Assembly (NCBI GenBank): GCA_964418255.1
Contig: CAYQKV010000002.1
Location: forward strand, 108,421-172,420
Direction of reading: 5' to 3'
DNA length: 64,000 nucleotides
From: an uncultured Christensenella sp.
GTDB taxonomy: Bacteria; Bacillota; Clostridia; Christensenellales; DTU072
The notes beneath the pieces are model-generated. The model searched no databases. It was given only the letters and a program-made list of their open reading frames with translations, and was not told where the DNA came from. This document shows, piece by piece, positions 48,557 through 57,544 of the stretch. A program made the translations under genes and the position numbers. Each line of letters starts with the position of its first letter. The first letter of the stretch is position 1.

Positions 48557-48997
48557 ATGAAAGTCATATTATTGCAAGACGTTAAACCCTTAGGCAAAAA
48601 AGGCGACATAGCCGAAGTGAACGACGGATACGCGAAGAATTTTCTCATACCTAAGAAAATGGCGACGGCGGCGACCAAAGACGCGCAGAACGAACGCAAT
48701 CAGCGTATAGCCAACGAAGAGAAGAGAAAAGCGGAAGAAAAAGCCGAGGCGTTGGCGTTATACGCGAAAATTAACGGAGCGACGGTAAAAGTGCCCGTCA
48801 AATGCTTCGAAGGAAAGATGTACGGAAGCGTAACCGCGGCGGACGTTGCGAACGGGCTGGCGCAGATGGGTTTTACCGTAGACAAGAAGAAAATAACCGT
48901 GCCTTCCTCGATAAAGAACGTGGGAGAATACGACGCCGAAGTATGGTGCTATAAAGAAACGGTGGCGAAAATCCGTATCGCGGTCGTAGCGGAGTAG
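48557..48997 (+). CDS. rplI: 50S ribosomal protein L9
   Basis: [35 protein letters not shown]-terminus. Confidence 0.95.
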   Translation: MKVILLQDVKPLGKKGDIAEVNDGYAKNFLIPKKMATAATKDAQNERNQRIANEEKRKAEEKAEALALYAKINGATVKVPVKCFEGKMYGSVTAADVANGLAQMGFTVDKKKITVPSSIKNVGEYDAEVWCYKETVAKIRIAVVAE

Positions 48998-49040
48998 TTT
49001 TTTAACAGAAAAACCGGTTTTTTAAGTAAGAATTCGGACG

Positions 49041-49064
49041 CGCCGCATTTTTGCGGCGTTTTTC
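49041..49064 (+). terminator. Terminator of rplI
   Basis: CGCCGCA-TTTT-TGCGGCG-TTTTTC. Confidence 0.75.
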
Positions 49065-49135
49065 TTTATCAAACCTTGAAAAACCTCGGTTATCTTTACA
49101 AAAAAAGCAAAGTGCGGTATAATTACGTAGACAAA

Positions 49136-50725
49136 ATGAAGAAAAAGTTACTGTTTTTAATTCTTGTCGCGCTTGTTGCGGCGATATTTACGGGTTGCGA
49201 AAAGACGTTCCCGTCCGATTTGTATATCGAGGCGACGGACGTAGTAAACGCGCCCGCAGGGGAGTATTATCTTCCTTATTCCGTCAATAATTTTTCCTCG
49301 TACGAAATGAAATACGATTTGTTCGTTTCGGTGAAGGCATACGTTTTGCCCGACAACACCCCTGTTACAGTCAACAATAACCGCTCGATAACGGTGGAAA
49401 AAGAAAAGACGTATTCGGTCGTAGTGCGGCTTTACGGCGCGGTTGACGGAAAAAATCTGAGTCAGACCAAGTCGTTTACCGTCGAAGCGGAAAAAGCGGA
49501 CAGAGTTATCACGTTTATGCACGAAGACAATACGGTCGTCAAAAAATTTATCGTGCCTTACGGCGGCAGTCTCGCTTTCGACGAGGTGCCCGAACTTCCC
49601 GACAGATACGAACTTTCTGACGAGAGCCATTATACGGAAATCGTTTCAAAACGTTGGGTCGTATACGAAAAAGTAGGGGAAAACACGGAAACGCGCGAAC
49701 TTATCGAAGAGTATCTTACAAACGTAACGGAAAATATTCCCGTGTACAGCGAGTACGTTTATTCTACAAAGCCTCTCGAATGTACGGTAAAGTTCGATAC
49801 CGACGGCGGTTCGGAAATTCCCGACTACCACGGCGATACCGACACGGTTATGCCCAAATCCGCTTCTCCCGTTAAAGACGGATATACGTTCGTAGGGTGG
49901 TGTACCGACGAAGAAAGAACGGAGTTTTATAACTGGGCGCAGAGCGTAAAATTGAAAAAAGATATGGTTTTATACGCCAAATGGGTAAAAAACACGGAAA
50001 ATGCAACGCCGAATTCGAATTTCAATTTTTATCTTTCCGAGGACAACTACGGGAACGAGTTTTATCTGATAGAAGCTAAGGACAAAGAAAATCTCGGCGG
50101 AATTCTCGTTTTGCCGAACAATTATCTCGGCTTGCCCGTAAGAGGAATGACCGAGCGCGCGTTTCAAGGGACGTCGATTACTTCGGTAATAATCCCCAAC
50201 TGCTACGTGCTCGATAATCAGAGAGGGTTCGCCGAATGCAGAAATCTGAAAACCGCTACGATAGAAGCGGGAGGCGTCACCGACACGATTGCGTCGGAAT
50301 TTTTCTATCAATGCACCGCGCTCGAATACGTCGATTTGCCCGACGGAATTAACATAATACGCCCCGGCGCGTTTACGAACTGCCTCTCTTTAAGGGAAAT
50401 AACTTTGCCTTCCTCGCTATATTTCATCAACAGTCGCGCGTTCGTCGGGTGTAAGGCCTTACGGCGGGTGGATATTCCCGATACCGTGACGGTAATAGGA
50501 GAAGAGGCATTTTCGGGATGCGCCGAACTTGCCGAACTCATAATAGGGGAAAAGAGTGGGATAAAAGCAATCGAAACAAACGCGCTTAAAGATACGAAAA
50601 TAACCGAAATAACCTTGCCGTATAAATGGAGTCTTGAGGAAAATCTGCCGATAGACGATAAGAATATCACCGTAAAGTTCTACCCCGACAGACAGGAAGA
50701 GGAAGAAGAGGGAACGGAAGAATAA
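49136..50725 (+). CDS. Surface lipoprotein with a Listeria-Bacteroides repeat and BspA-type LRRs
   Basis: Start at MKKKLLFLILVAL..FTG|C (lipobox). TVKFDTDGGSEIP...GYTFVGWCTD repeat. C-terminal LRR_5-like repeats and an acidic tail. Confidence 0.8.
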   Translation: MKKKLLFLILVALVAAIFTGCEKTFPSDLYIEATDVVNAPAGEYYLPYSVNNFSSYEMKYDLFVSVKAYVLPDNTPVTVNNNRSITVEKEKTYSVVVRLYGAVDGKNLSQTKSFTVEAEKADRVITFMHEDNTVVKKFIVPYGGSLAFDEVPELPDRYELSDESHYTEIVSKRWVVYEKVGENTETRELIEEYLTNVTENIPVYSEYVYSTKPLECTVKFDTDGGSEIPDYHGDTDTVMPKSASPVKDGYTFVGWCTDEERTEFYNWAQSVKLKKDMVLYAKWVKNTENATPNSNFNFYLSEDNYGNEFYLIEAKDKENLGGILVLPNNYLGLPVRGMTERAFQGTSITSVIIPNCYVLDNQRGFAECRNLKTATIEAGGVTDTIASEFFYQCTALEYVDLPDGINIIRPGAFTNCLSLREITLPSSLYFINSRAFVGCKALRRVDIPDTVTVIGEEAFSGCAELAELIIGEKSGIKAIETNALKDTKITEITLPYKWSLEENLPIDDKNITVKFYPDRQEEEEEGTEE

Positions 50726-50747
50726 CGGGTTCATAGTATAAAAAAAT

Positions 50748-50781
50748 AACTGTTTCCGTGTGAAATGCGGAAACAGTTTTT
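50748..50781. terminator. Bidirectional terminator between convergent genes
   Basis: AACTGTTTCCG-TGTGAAATG-CGGAAACAGTT-TTT. Confidence 0.75.
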
Positions 50782-50816
50782 CTATTTTGTAAGGTTTTTG
50801 TTTAACGGGAATTCTT

Positions 50817-51113
50817 TTAGCCGAGTCTGTGGAGAAGAACCTGGAACACAAAGAAGAGAATGGAGAAGACGAGCATACTCGAAGCTACGATGATCGTCGC
50901 AAGTTTGAATTTGCCGTCTATGCTTCTCGATTTGTGTCTGCCGAAGAACGTGTCCGTTCCGCCGGTTATAGCGCTCATCCCGTTGTTATCGCTGCCGCGT
51001 TGCATAAGAACGATAACAATCATCGCTATGGCTGCGAGTACGAGCAGCACCATAAAAGCGATGCAAAATCCGAAATATACGTCCGCGGCAGTAGCCGCAA
51101 TCAAACCAAACAT
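50817..51113 (-). CDS. secG: Preprotein translocase subunit SecG
   Basis: 98 aa, two TM helices, with the LMQRGSDNNGMSAITGG...FFG motif between them. Confidence 0.8.
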   Translation of the reverse strand: MFGLIAATAADVYFGFCIAFMVLLVLAAIAMIVIVLMQRGSDNNGMSAITGGTDTFFGRHKSRSIDGKFKLATIIVASSMLVFSILFFVFQVLLHRLG

Positions 51114-51228
51114 CTATCTAACTCCTTAAAGTAATAATTCGATATTGCTAAAACATTTTATCATAACTTACGCGCTATGACAAGCGTTTTTTGCGTTTTG
51201 GCGTAAATTTAAGTTTTTTACGCGTAAA

Positions 51229-52170
51229 TCAGTAGAACATAGTAACCACGTCTTCGGGCGCGGGCTCGGTCGCTTTTTCGAATTTCATAGCGAGAAGAAT
51301 GGGTCCTTCGCCGCCGTAAACCTTGTGCTTGTTTACGCATATCTTTGCCGTAAGATAGTACCACTGTCCCGTTGCAAACGAACGCGAACCGTTATGTTCG
51401 CATACCAAACCGCAGTATTTGGTATCCGCTTCGCAACAAGTCATTATGTGTCTTCCTACGACGACGGTGGTTTTTCCCAGGCTTCTGTCGTAAGCGGTTA
51501 CGCAAAGAAAGCGCACGGTTTTGCCGTGATAGGCTTTCATATTTTCCGTAAGTTCGCGGTAAAAGTACGCGTAGTCTCTGTCTTCGATTTCGATAATCGG
51601 CGCGTTTACGTCGAAGGGCAACGGGTCTTCTATGTCGTCGCGTTCGATTTCTTTACGTTCGTTTTCGTAAATTATGTCGTTGTTTCTCGAAATACCTCTG
51701 ACGATTTTATGATACGGCGTCTTGTCATCGCCGCTTTTGTAACGGTTGAAGACGATGAGGTCGGCGTACTGAATTTTATCGAAAACCAGTTGGCGCATAT
51801 TTGCGTTGTAAATGAGAATATTCGTACAGTCGAATATAGCCATAATCTGGCATACGACCCAGTTTTCGGGCATTGCGTCGAGGAAATCGCCGAGTTCCCA
51901 CATACCGTTGTATTCGACGAAAATACGCGTATAATCGCCGTCGGTTTCCGCTTTCGACATCTTTTCGAGCGTGATGAAATTTTTATCGAGGTGGAAAACG
52001 TCGGTGTTTTTCAACTTCTTTTCTTCGTATTCTTCCTCTCCGTCTTCGAAAACGAACAAAGCGGTCTTTTCGCCCGTGTCCAGCTCTTCGCTCGCAAGAG
52101 CGTTGGATATGAAAGTCGTCTTTCCCGCTTCGAGAAAACCGCAGAAAATGTAAACTCCTACTTCGTGCAT
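51229..52170 (-). CDS. Degenerate G3E-type P-loop domain fused to a Cys-rich C-terminal domain (DUF1980-like CCxxD motif)
   Basis: Walker A GFLEAGKTT but no CxCC metal motif. C-terminus ...VVGRHIMTCCEADTKYCGLVC... Lies 10 bp downstream of the COG0523 gene. Confidence 0.65.
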   Translation of the reverse strand: MHEVGVYIFCGFLEAGKTTFISNALASEELDTGEKTALFVFEDGEEEYEEKKLKNTDVFHLDKNFITLEKMSKAETDGDYTRIFVEYNGMWELGDFLDAMPENWVVCQIMAIFDCTNILIYNANMRQLVFDKIQYADLIVFNRYKSGDDKTPYHKIVRGISRNNDIIYENERKEIERDDIEDPLPFDVNAPIIEIEDRDYAYFYRELTENMKAYHGKTVRFLCVTAYDRSLGKTTVVVGRHIMTCCEADTKYCGLVCEHNGSRSFATGQWYYLTAKICVNKHKVYGGEGPILLAMKFEKATEPAPEDVVTMFY

Positions 52171-52179
52171 TTTTACCTC

Positions 52180-53304
52180 TTAAAGTCCGAAAAGTTCTCC
52201 GAGCGCGCTCTCGTTAAGTTTGCTTCCGATAACGCATATTTTACCGATTACGTCCGCGCTTCCGCTTCTTACGTCCGCGCCGTCGGGGATATAGTCGAAG
52301 TGTAACCACTCGTTTTCCCCGCGTACGATACCTTTCGCGCGGAGAACCGCTCCGAATTTTTCTTCGTCTCCCAAAGCGGAGAGAATCGCTTCAAGCCGCT
52401 CTTTCGTATAGGTCGCCGTCGTTTCTTTCCCCCACGAAACGAAAACTTCGTCCGCGTCGTGTCCGTGATGATGGTGATGACAGCAGTGTTCGTGTTCATC
52501 TTCCTCGTCGTGGTGATGACAGCAATGTTCGTGCTCGTCGTCCTCGTCGTGGTGATGGTGGCAGTGTTCGTGCTCATCTTCCTCGTCGTGGTGATGGTGG
52601 CAGTGTTCGTGCTCATCTTCCTCGTCGTGGTGATGACAGCAGTGCTCGTCTTCTTCGTCGTGATGATGGCAATGTTCGTGTTCGGAGAGGAGTTCGTCTG
52701 CCATTTTTTTTGCGGAAGAACGGCTTTCCATTGCGGCAAGGACGGTTTTTCCGTCGAGTTCGCTCAAAGGAGAGGCGATAACGGACGCGTTGGGGTTATG
52801 CTCTTTTACGAACGCGAGACATTCCGCGGTTTTCGTTTCGGTCGCGTCGTCGGTGTGGCTAAGCACCACGCAGTCGGCGTTTTCAAGTTGGTCGAGGAAG
52901 AATTCGCCGAAGTTTTTCGCGTACATAAGGCATTTTTTGACGTTCACGACGGTAGTTTTCGTGTTAATAGGCGCGTTGTCGAGACCTCTTTCCACGGCTT
53001 TTTCCACGTCGCTCAGTTTGCCTACTCCCGACGGTTCGATTATTATACGGTCGGGCGAATAGTCCTCGGTTACTTTTTTGAGGGCTTTTGCGAAATCGCC
53101 GACAAGGCTGCAACAAATGCAACCGCTGTTCATTTCCGTGATTTCCACGCCCGCGTCGCGTAAGAAACCGCCGTCTACGCCGATTTCTCCGAATTCGTTT
53201 TCTATAAGGACGACTTTTTCGCCTTTATAGGCTTCTTTTATCAGTTTTTTGATTAAAGTGGTCTTTCCCGCTCCGAGAAAGCCCGAAAAAATATCTATTT
53301 TCAT
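52180..53304 (-). CDS. COG0523/CobW-family G3E GTPase metallochaperone with a His/Cys/Asp/Glu-rich insert
   Basis: Walker A GFLGAGKTT, metal motif GCICCS, a 75-aa HHHDEEDEHEHC repeat tract and a CobW C-terminal domain. Start at MKIDIF after GGAGG. Confidence 0.85.
   Translation of the reverse strand: MKIDIFSGFLGAGKTTLIKKLIKEAYKGEKVVLIENEFGEIGVDGGFLRDAGVEITEMNSGCICCSLVGDFAKALKKVTEDYSPDRIIIEPSGVGKLSDVEKAVERGLDNAPINTKTTVVNVKKCLMYAKNFGEFFLDQLENADCVVLSHTDDATETKTAECLAFVKEHNPNASVIASPLSELDGKTVLAAMESRSSAKKMADELLSEHEHCHHHDEEDEHCCHHHDEEDEHEHCHHHHDEEDEHEHCHHHHDEDDEHEHCCHHHDEEDEHEHCCHHHHHGHDADEVFVSWGKETTATYTKERLEAILSALGDEEKFGAVLRAKGIVRGENEWLHFDYIPDGADVRSGSADVIGKICVIGSKLNESALGELFGL
52465..52683. repeat. 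In-frame tandem DNA repeat (units 45/39/39/39/33/24 bp) encoding the His-rich tract
   Basis: Units 52549-52587 and 52588-52626 are identical 39-mers. The flanking units are diverged copies. Confidence 0.9.
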
Positions 53305-53375
53305 TTTCCGTAAACCTCCGTTAAAGAAAATTTTTTGAGTTTTGTATTTTTTTGCCGCTTTGCGCAAAACTATCG

Positions 53376-54047
53376 TCAGTCGAAGTCCGCGCTTTGCGAC
53401 GGTTTGAGTATCAGAGTTTTCCCTTTTACGAGGGAGGCGAAACGCTCCGCGTCCGCTTTAATCGGCGGAAACGTGTCGTAGTGAATGGGAATGACGGTAT
53501 CGAACGAGAAATATTCGTTGCAGACAAACGCCGCTTTTTCTTCGTTCATAGTAAACCTGCCGCCTATGGGCACGAGCCCTATCGTCGGACGGTGGAAGCG
53601 GTTTATTAACGCCATATCGCCGAAAGCGTCGGTGTCGCCGAAGTGGTAGACCGTGTTATTACCCATTTTTATCACGAAACCGCCCGCTTCTCCGAGGTAA
53701 ACGCCCTTGTCCGAAGAGCTGTGAACGGCGGGGACGAGGGAAAAAGAGACGTCTCCGAAGTCGAGCGTGCCGCCGAAATTCATTCCGTAAGTATTGGTAA
53801 AGCCGTGGGAAGAGAGGTAAGAGCAGAGTTCGACTATGCCGACTATTACGGTGTTTTTGCCCGCTATCGAAGTAAGCGCGGCGGTGTGGTCGTCGTGTCC
53901 GTGAGTGAGAGCGATATAGTCGGGGTGTAAAAAGTTTGGATATTCCCGCATAACCGCGTCGAGGTTGGACGTAAACGGGTCGATAACCACCGTCGTTCCG
54001 TTATGTTCGAGCATTACGCAGGCGTGTTCTATAAAAGTAAGTTTCAT
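53376..54047 (-). CDS. UPF0173-family metal-dependent hydrolase (MBL fold)
   Basis: MKLTFIEHACVMLE..., THGHDDH. 223 aa. Confidence 0.8.
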   Translation of the reverse strand: MKLTFIEHACVMLEHNGTTVVIDPFTSNLDAVMREYPNFLHPDYIALTHGHDDHTAALTSIAGKNTVIVGIVELCSYLSSHGFTNTYGMNFGGTLDFGDVSFSLVPAVHSSSDKGVYLGEAGGFVIKMGNNTVYHFGDTDAFGDMALINRFHRPTIGLVPIGGRFTMNEEKAAFVCNEYFSFDTVIPIHYDTFPPIKADAERFASLVKGKTLILKPSQSADFD

Positions 54048-54178
54048 AATCGATAATCTCCGAAACGGTTATATTATATTAGTATACCATATAACCGAAC
54101 GGATTACAAACGAAAGGGAACAATGAATTATGCGTTCAAACGCAATTTGTCCGAACCGCAAATCAAAAAGTATATCGA

Positions 54179-55063
54179 TTAGTTAGCAGATTTATCGTTT
54201 TGTTTTTTTTGCGCTTTTTTCAATTTGATTTTTACGGCGAGAGGGTGGAACATATCGCAGAGTTCGTCTTCGTCGGGTTCGCCCTTAATCAAAGCGAGTT
54301 TTCCGTTCTCGTTCCGTTTCAGACGGGAAATAAGGAAAGAAGAGCGGTTGAGGATTACAAGCCCCACGCCGAAAATGGTCGGCCACAGCAAAATCCACCA
54401 CCACTGATGAAAGGTCGCGTCGTCGTAGAAAAAGAACGGGTTTGCAACGCCGTACATTCCCGCGTTCAACAATCCTTGTTCTCCGCCGTATACGGATTTC
54501 ATAATAATTCCGAAAATTTTGTCTGTAAGATAAAATATCGTCGGCGGGACGATGCCCAACGTGCCGTAGATTTTGCGCGTTTTTCCTTTTTCTTCGAACA
54601 AGACGTACATAATAACGTACAAAACGGGGCACAGGAAGAAGGACAGGAATATTTTTAAGTCAAGCCAATATCCTGCCGTCGCGATGGCGGGGTAGATACT
54701 GCCGTACGCCGTGGACGAAGTCAGGCGATAATTTCCTATTCTGTCGATAAAGAACGAACCGCAGATAAAGCAAAACAGCATACTGCTTAAAGCGCAGAAT
54801 TTAAGGAAGGAAAATTTCTTCGTATAGGTTGAAAACTCTCCGCTTTTGTAAATTTTCACGTCTTCGACAAGCGCGCCCGCCGTGCAGACGATAGACATAA
54901 TCAATGCCCAGACGAAATAGTTCGTGAAAAAGTACGCGTCGAATCCGCTCGGTTCGCTTCCCCCTCCGATAGACAAAAATCCGAGGTTTGCCAAAAGCCC
55001 TACGCACGCGATAACAAGATACGCGGTGCGGAAAATTATTTCTTTTATAAGTCTGTTTTGCAT
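54179..55063 (-). CDS. Multi-pass integral membrane protein (unknown function)
   Basis: 294 aa, about 8 hydrophobic segments and a basic C-terminal tail. Confidence 0.6.
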   Translation of the reverse strand: MQNRLIKEIIFRTAYLVIACVGLLANLGFLSIGGGSEPSGFDAYFFTNYFVWALIMSIVCTAGALVEDVKIYKSGEFSTYTKKFSFLKFCALSSMLFCFICGSFFIDRIGNYRLTSSTAYGSIYPAIATAGYWLDLKIFLSFFLCPVLYVIMYVLFEEKGKTRKIYGTLGIVPPTIFYLTDKIFGIIMKSVYGGEQGLLNAGMYGVANPFFFYDDATFHQWWWILLWPTIFGVGLVILNRSSFLISRLKRNENGKLALIKGEPDEDELCDMFHPLAVKIKLKKAQKKQNDKSAN

Positions 55064-55315
55064 TAGTGAATTAGTGCCCCTTTCTTTTTTTACCGTAAGT
55101 TCTTTACGGTTTTTTACATTATATCAGAAAGTCGTATCGTTGTAAAGACCGAACGCAATAAACGGTTCTAAATATATATGCGTGCGTTTTAGGCGGTTTT
55201 ATTAGAAATAACGACGCCGAGCGGAAACTTGTCCCGGTTTGAGTTGCGTTTTTTTTCAGTTCTGATATAATAGTTCTATTATAATAGTGTAGAGCGCAAA
55301 GCCGAACTAAGGAGA

Positions 55316-56467
55316 ATGAAATTGAGTAAAGTATTTGATTTGATTAAAAAAGAAGAAGAACGCCAGAGCCGAAACATAGAACTTATCGCGAGCGAAAATT
55401 TTTGCAGCGAAGACATTATGAAAGCGGTGGGCAGTTGCCTTACGAATAAATACAGCGAAGGGTATCCGGGTAAAAGATATTACGGCGGGTGCGAAGTCGT
55501 AGACGAGATAGAGACATATTGTATAGAGATGTGGCAAAAAGTGTTCAATACCGATTACCACGTCAACGTCCAGCCCCACAGCGGTTCGAGCGCGAACCTT
55601 GCTTCTTACCAGGCGATTCTTGTTCCCGGAGACAAGGTTCTCAGTATGGAACTTAACAACGGCAGTCATCTTACCCACGGTTCGGCGGTAAACGCGAGCG
55701 GAAAACTCTATAACTTTTCTTTTTACGGAGTGGACGAAAGAGGTTATATCGATTACGAAGACGCGAGAAAGAAAGCTCTCGAAATCCGTCCGAAACTCAT
55801 AGTGGCGGGCGCGAGCGCGTATTCGAGAATAATCGATTTCGCCAAATTTTCCGAGATAGCGAAAGAAGCCGGCGCGCTTCTTATGGTAGACATCGCGCAT
55901 ATAGCCGGACTTGTCGCTACGGGTTATCATCCTACGCCGTTCGGGTATGCCGATATAGTAACTACGACTACGCATAAGACGCTGAGAGGACCGAGAGGCG
56001 GTTTGATTTTCTGTAAGGAAGAACTTGCCAAAAAAATCGACTCGGCAATCTTCCCGGGAACGCAGGGCGGACCTTTGCAACACGTTATCGCAGGCAAAGC
56101 AATCGCCGCGGAAGAAGCGTTGACACCCGAGTACAAGGAGTATATAGGAAAGGTAGTCGAAAGCTGTCGCGTTATGGCGGAGGAGTTCGTAAAAATGGGC
56201 TATAAGGTCGTCACGGGCGGCACCGACAACCATCTTTTCCTTGTGGACTTGACGGACAAAGGAGTAAGCGGAAAACAGGTGCAGGAGGCTTGCGACGCAG
56301 TCGGTATAACCCTCAACAAAAATTGCGTGCCCAACGAAACCCGTTCTCCTATGCAGACGAGCGGCGTGAGAATAGGCACCGCGGCAATGACAACAAAAGG
56401 CTTTACCGCAAAAGATTTTGTCGAAACCGCTCATAAAATCGATAAAGTTATTAAAAATATTTTATAA
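55316..56467 (+). CDS. glyA: Serine hydroxymethyltransferase (C-terminus shorter than usual)
   Basis: [23 protein letters not shown] and the PLP-Lys block [23 protein letters not shown]. 383 aa. Confidence 0.95.
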   Translation: MKLSKVFDLIKKEEERQSRNIELIASENFCSEDIMKAVGSCLTNKYSEGYPGKRYYGGCEVVDEIETYCIEMWQKVFNTDYHVNVQPHSGSSANLASYQAILVPGDKVLSMELNNGSHLTHGSAVNASGKLYNFSFYGVDERGYIDYEDARKKALEIRPKLIVAGASAYSRIIDFAKFSEIAKEAGALLMVDIAHIAGLVATGYHPTPFGYADIVTTTTHKTLRGPRGGLIFCKEELAKKIDSAIFPGTQGGPLQHVIAGKAIAAEEALTPEYKEYIGKVVESCRVMAEEFVKMGYKVVTGGTDNHLFLVDLTDKGVSGKQVQEACDAVGITLNKNCVPNETRSPMQTSGVRIGTAAMTTKGFTAKDFVETAHKIDKVIKNIL

Positions 56468-56476
56468 ATTTAGATT

Positions 56477-57150
56477 GCGAGAGAGGAAAACTTTTTAGAC
56501 TACACCCGACCAAACGTTATGCGGAAAATCGCTCGCGGTCGGCATTTAGCCGACGCGCGGACGATTTTTTTAATCCGCATAAGTCGGACTACCAAGGAAG
56601 CAAAATGACACATTTTGCTTATTATGTAAGTTCGCAAGGGGTTTACTCCCCTTGCTTATCCCCATAAGGGCGACACTCTCGGTACACGCCCGTTCGTGTC
56701 GATTATCTCCGACCACACGTTATGCGGAAAATCGCTCGCGGTCGGCATTCAGCCGACGCGCGGACGATTTTTTTAATCCGCATAAGTCGGACTACCAAGG
56801 AAGCAAAATGACACATTTTGCTTATTATGTAAGTTCGCAAGGGGTTTACTCCCCTTGCTTATCCCCATAAGGGCGACACTCTCGGTACACGCCCGTTCGT
56901 GTCGATTATCTCCGACCACACGTTATGCGGAAAATCGCTCGCGGTCGGCATTTAGTCGACGCGCGGACGATTTTTTTTATCCGCATAAGTCGGACTTCCA
57001 AGGAAGCAAAATGACACATTTTGCTTGTTATTTAAGTTCGTAAGGGGTTCACTCCCCTTACTTATCCCCATAAGGGCGACACTCTCGGTACACGCCCGTT
57101 CGTGTCGAATATATAAGTTTCTTCTCCCTCGCGCTCCCTCTTTACAAAAA
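56477..57150 (-). mobile_element. Structured repeat family, subfamily 1: three head-to-tail 203-bp units inside one TIR pair (copies 5-7)
   Basis: Units begin at 56506, 56709 and 56912. TIRs are GCGAGAGAGGAAAACTT (56477-56493) and AAGTTTCTTCTCCCTCGC (57115-57132). Left-end extension runs to 57150. Confidence 0.75.
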
Positions 57151-57234
57151 CTTTCCTTATTTATGTATTTAATCTTTCCCTTACATTAAGTGTAAACTTA
57201 AATGGATGGAAAAGAAAAAGGAATAAAATAAATT

Positions 57235-57425
57235 CAAAAAGTGGAAAGCACATTTTTCACTTTTTGCCCTTACAGGGGTCGAGCAGGGGAATATCCCCTG
57301 CGAACTGTGGATATAAGGAAGTCGGTACGACTTTCTTCCTTATAAGTCCGCCTTACACGGAAATAAATTTTATCCGCACAAAGGTTTTACCGATTGCGGT
57401 AAAATTCCGTGTAACGTTTGGTCGG
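57235..57425 (+). repeat. Structured repeat family, subfamily 2, copy 8
   Basis: CAAAAAGTG-GAAAGCACATTTTT-CACTTTTTGCCCTTACAGGGG..CAGGGGA-ATA-TCCCCTG..GTCCGCCTTACACGGAA...TTCCGTGTAACGTTTGGTCGG. Confidence 0.9.
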
Positions 57426-57544
57426 AAGCCTGCCGCCGTTTGGTTGGAAGCTTGCCTTGACTATTTTAGTTATAATGTAGTATACTTTATTTAAGGTAGA
57501 TGTTTACCTAAAATATATTTTGTCATATTAGGAGGATAGTTATT

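Noticed and set aside
55140-55315. ZTP or THF riboswitch upstream of glyA
   Set aside because: No GGGTCGTGACTGGCG / CCGCCTGGGC-type (ZTP) or THF consensus blocks are present.
55307-56434. 375-aa ORF antisense to glyA
   Set aside because: The opposite strand encodes an unmistakable SHMT. The antisense product is an Arg/Phe-rich low-complexity sequence with no RBS. Such shadow ORFs occur opposite almost every gene here because sense-strand codon usage avoids the codons that read as stops on the antisense strand.
56652-57043. Two near-identical ORFs (72 and 62 aa, MLIPIRATLSVHARSC...) inside the 203-bp tandem units
   Set aside because: They exist only because the unit is repeated. They have no RBS, the frame is not preserved in the other family copies (6155, 17330, 17848, 48281, 57235), and substitutions follow stem pairing rather than codon structure.
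56477-57150. Possible CRISPR array
   Set aside because: The repeat unit is 203 bp with no unique spacers between units, and there are no cas genes. It is a tandem amplification of a structured element.
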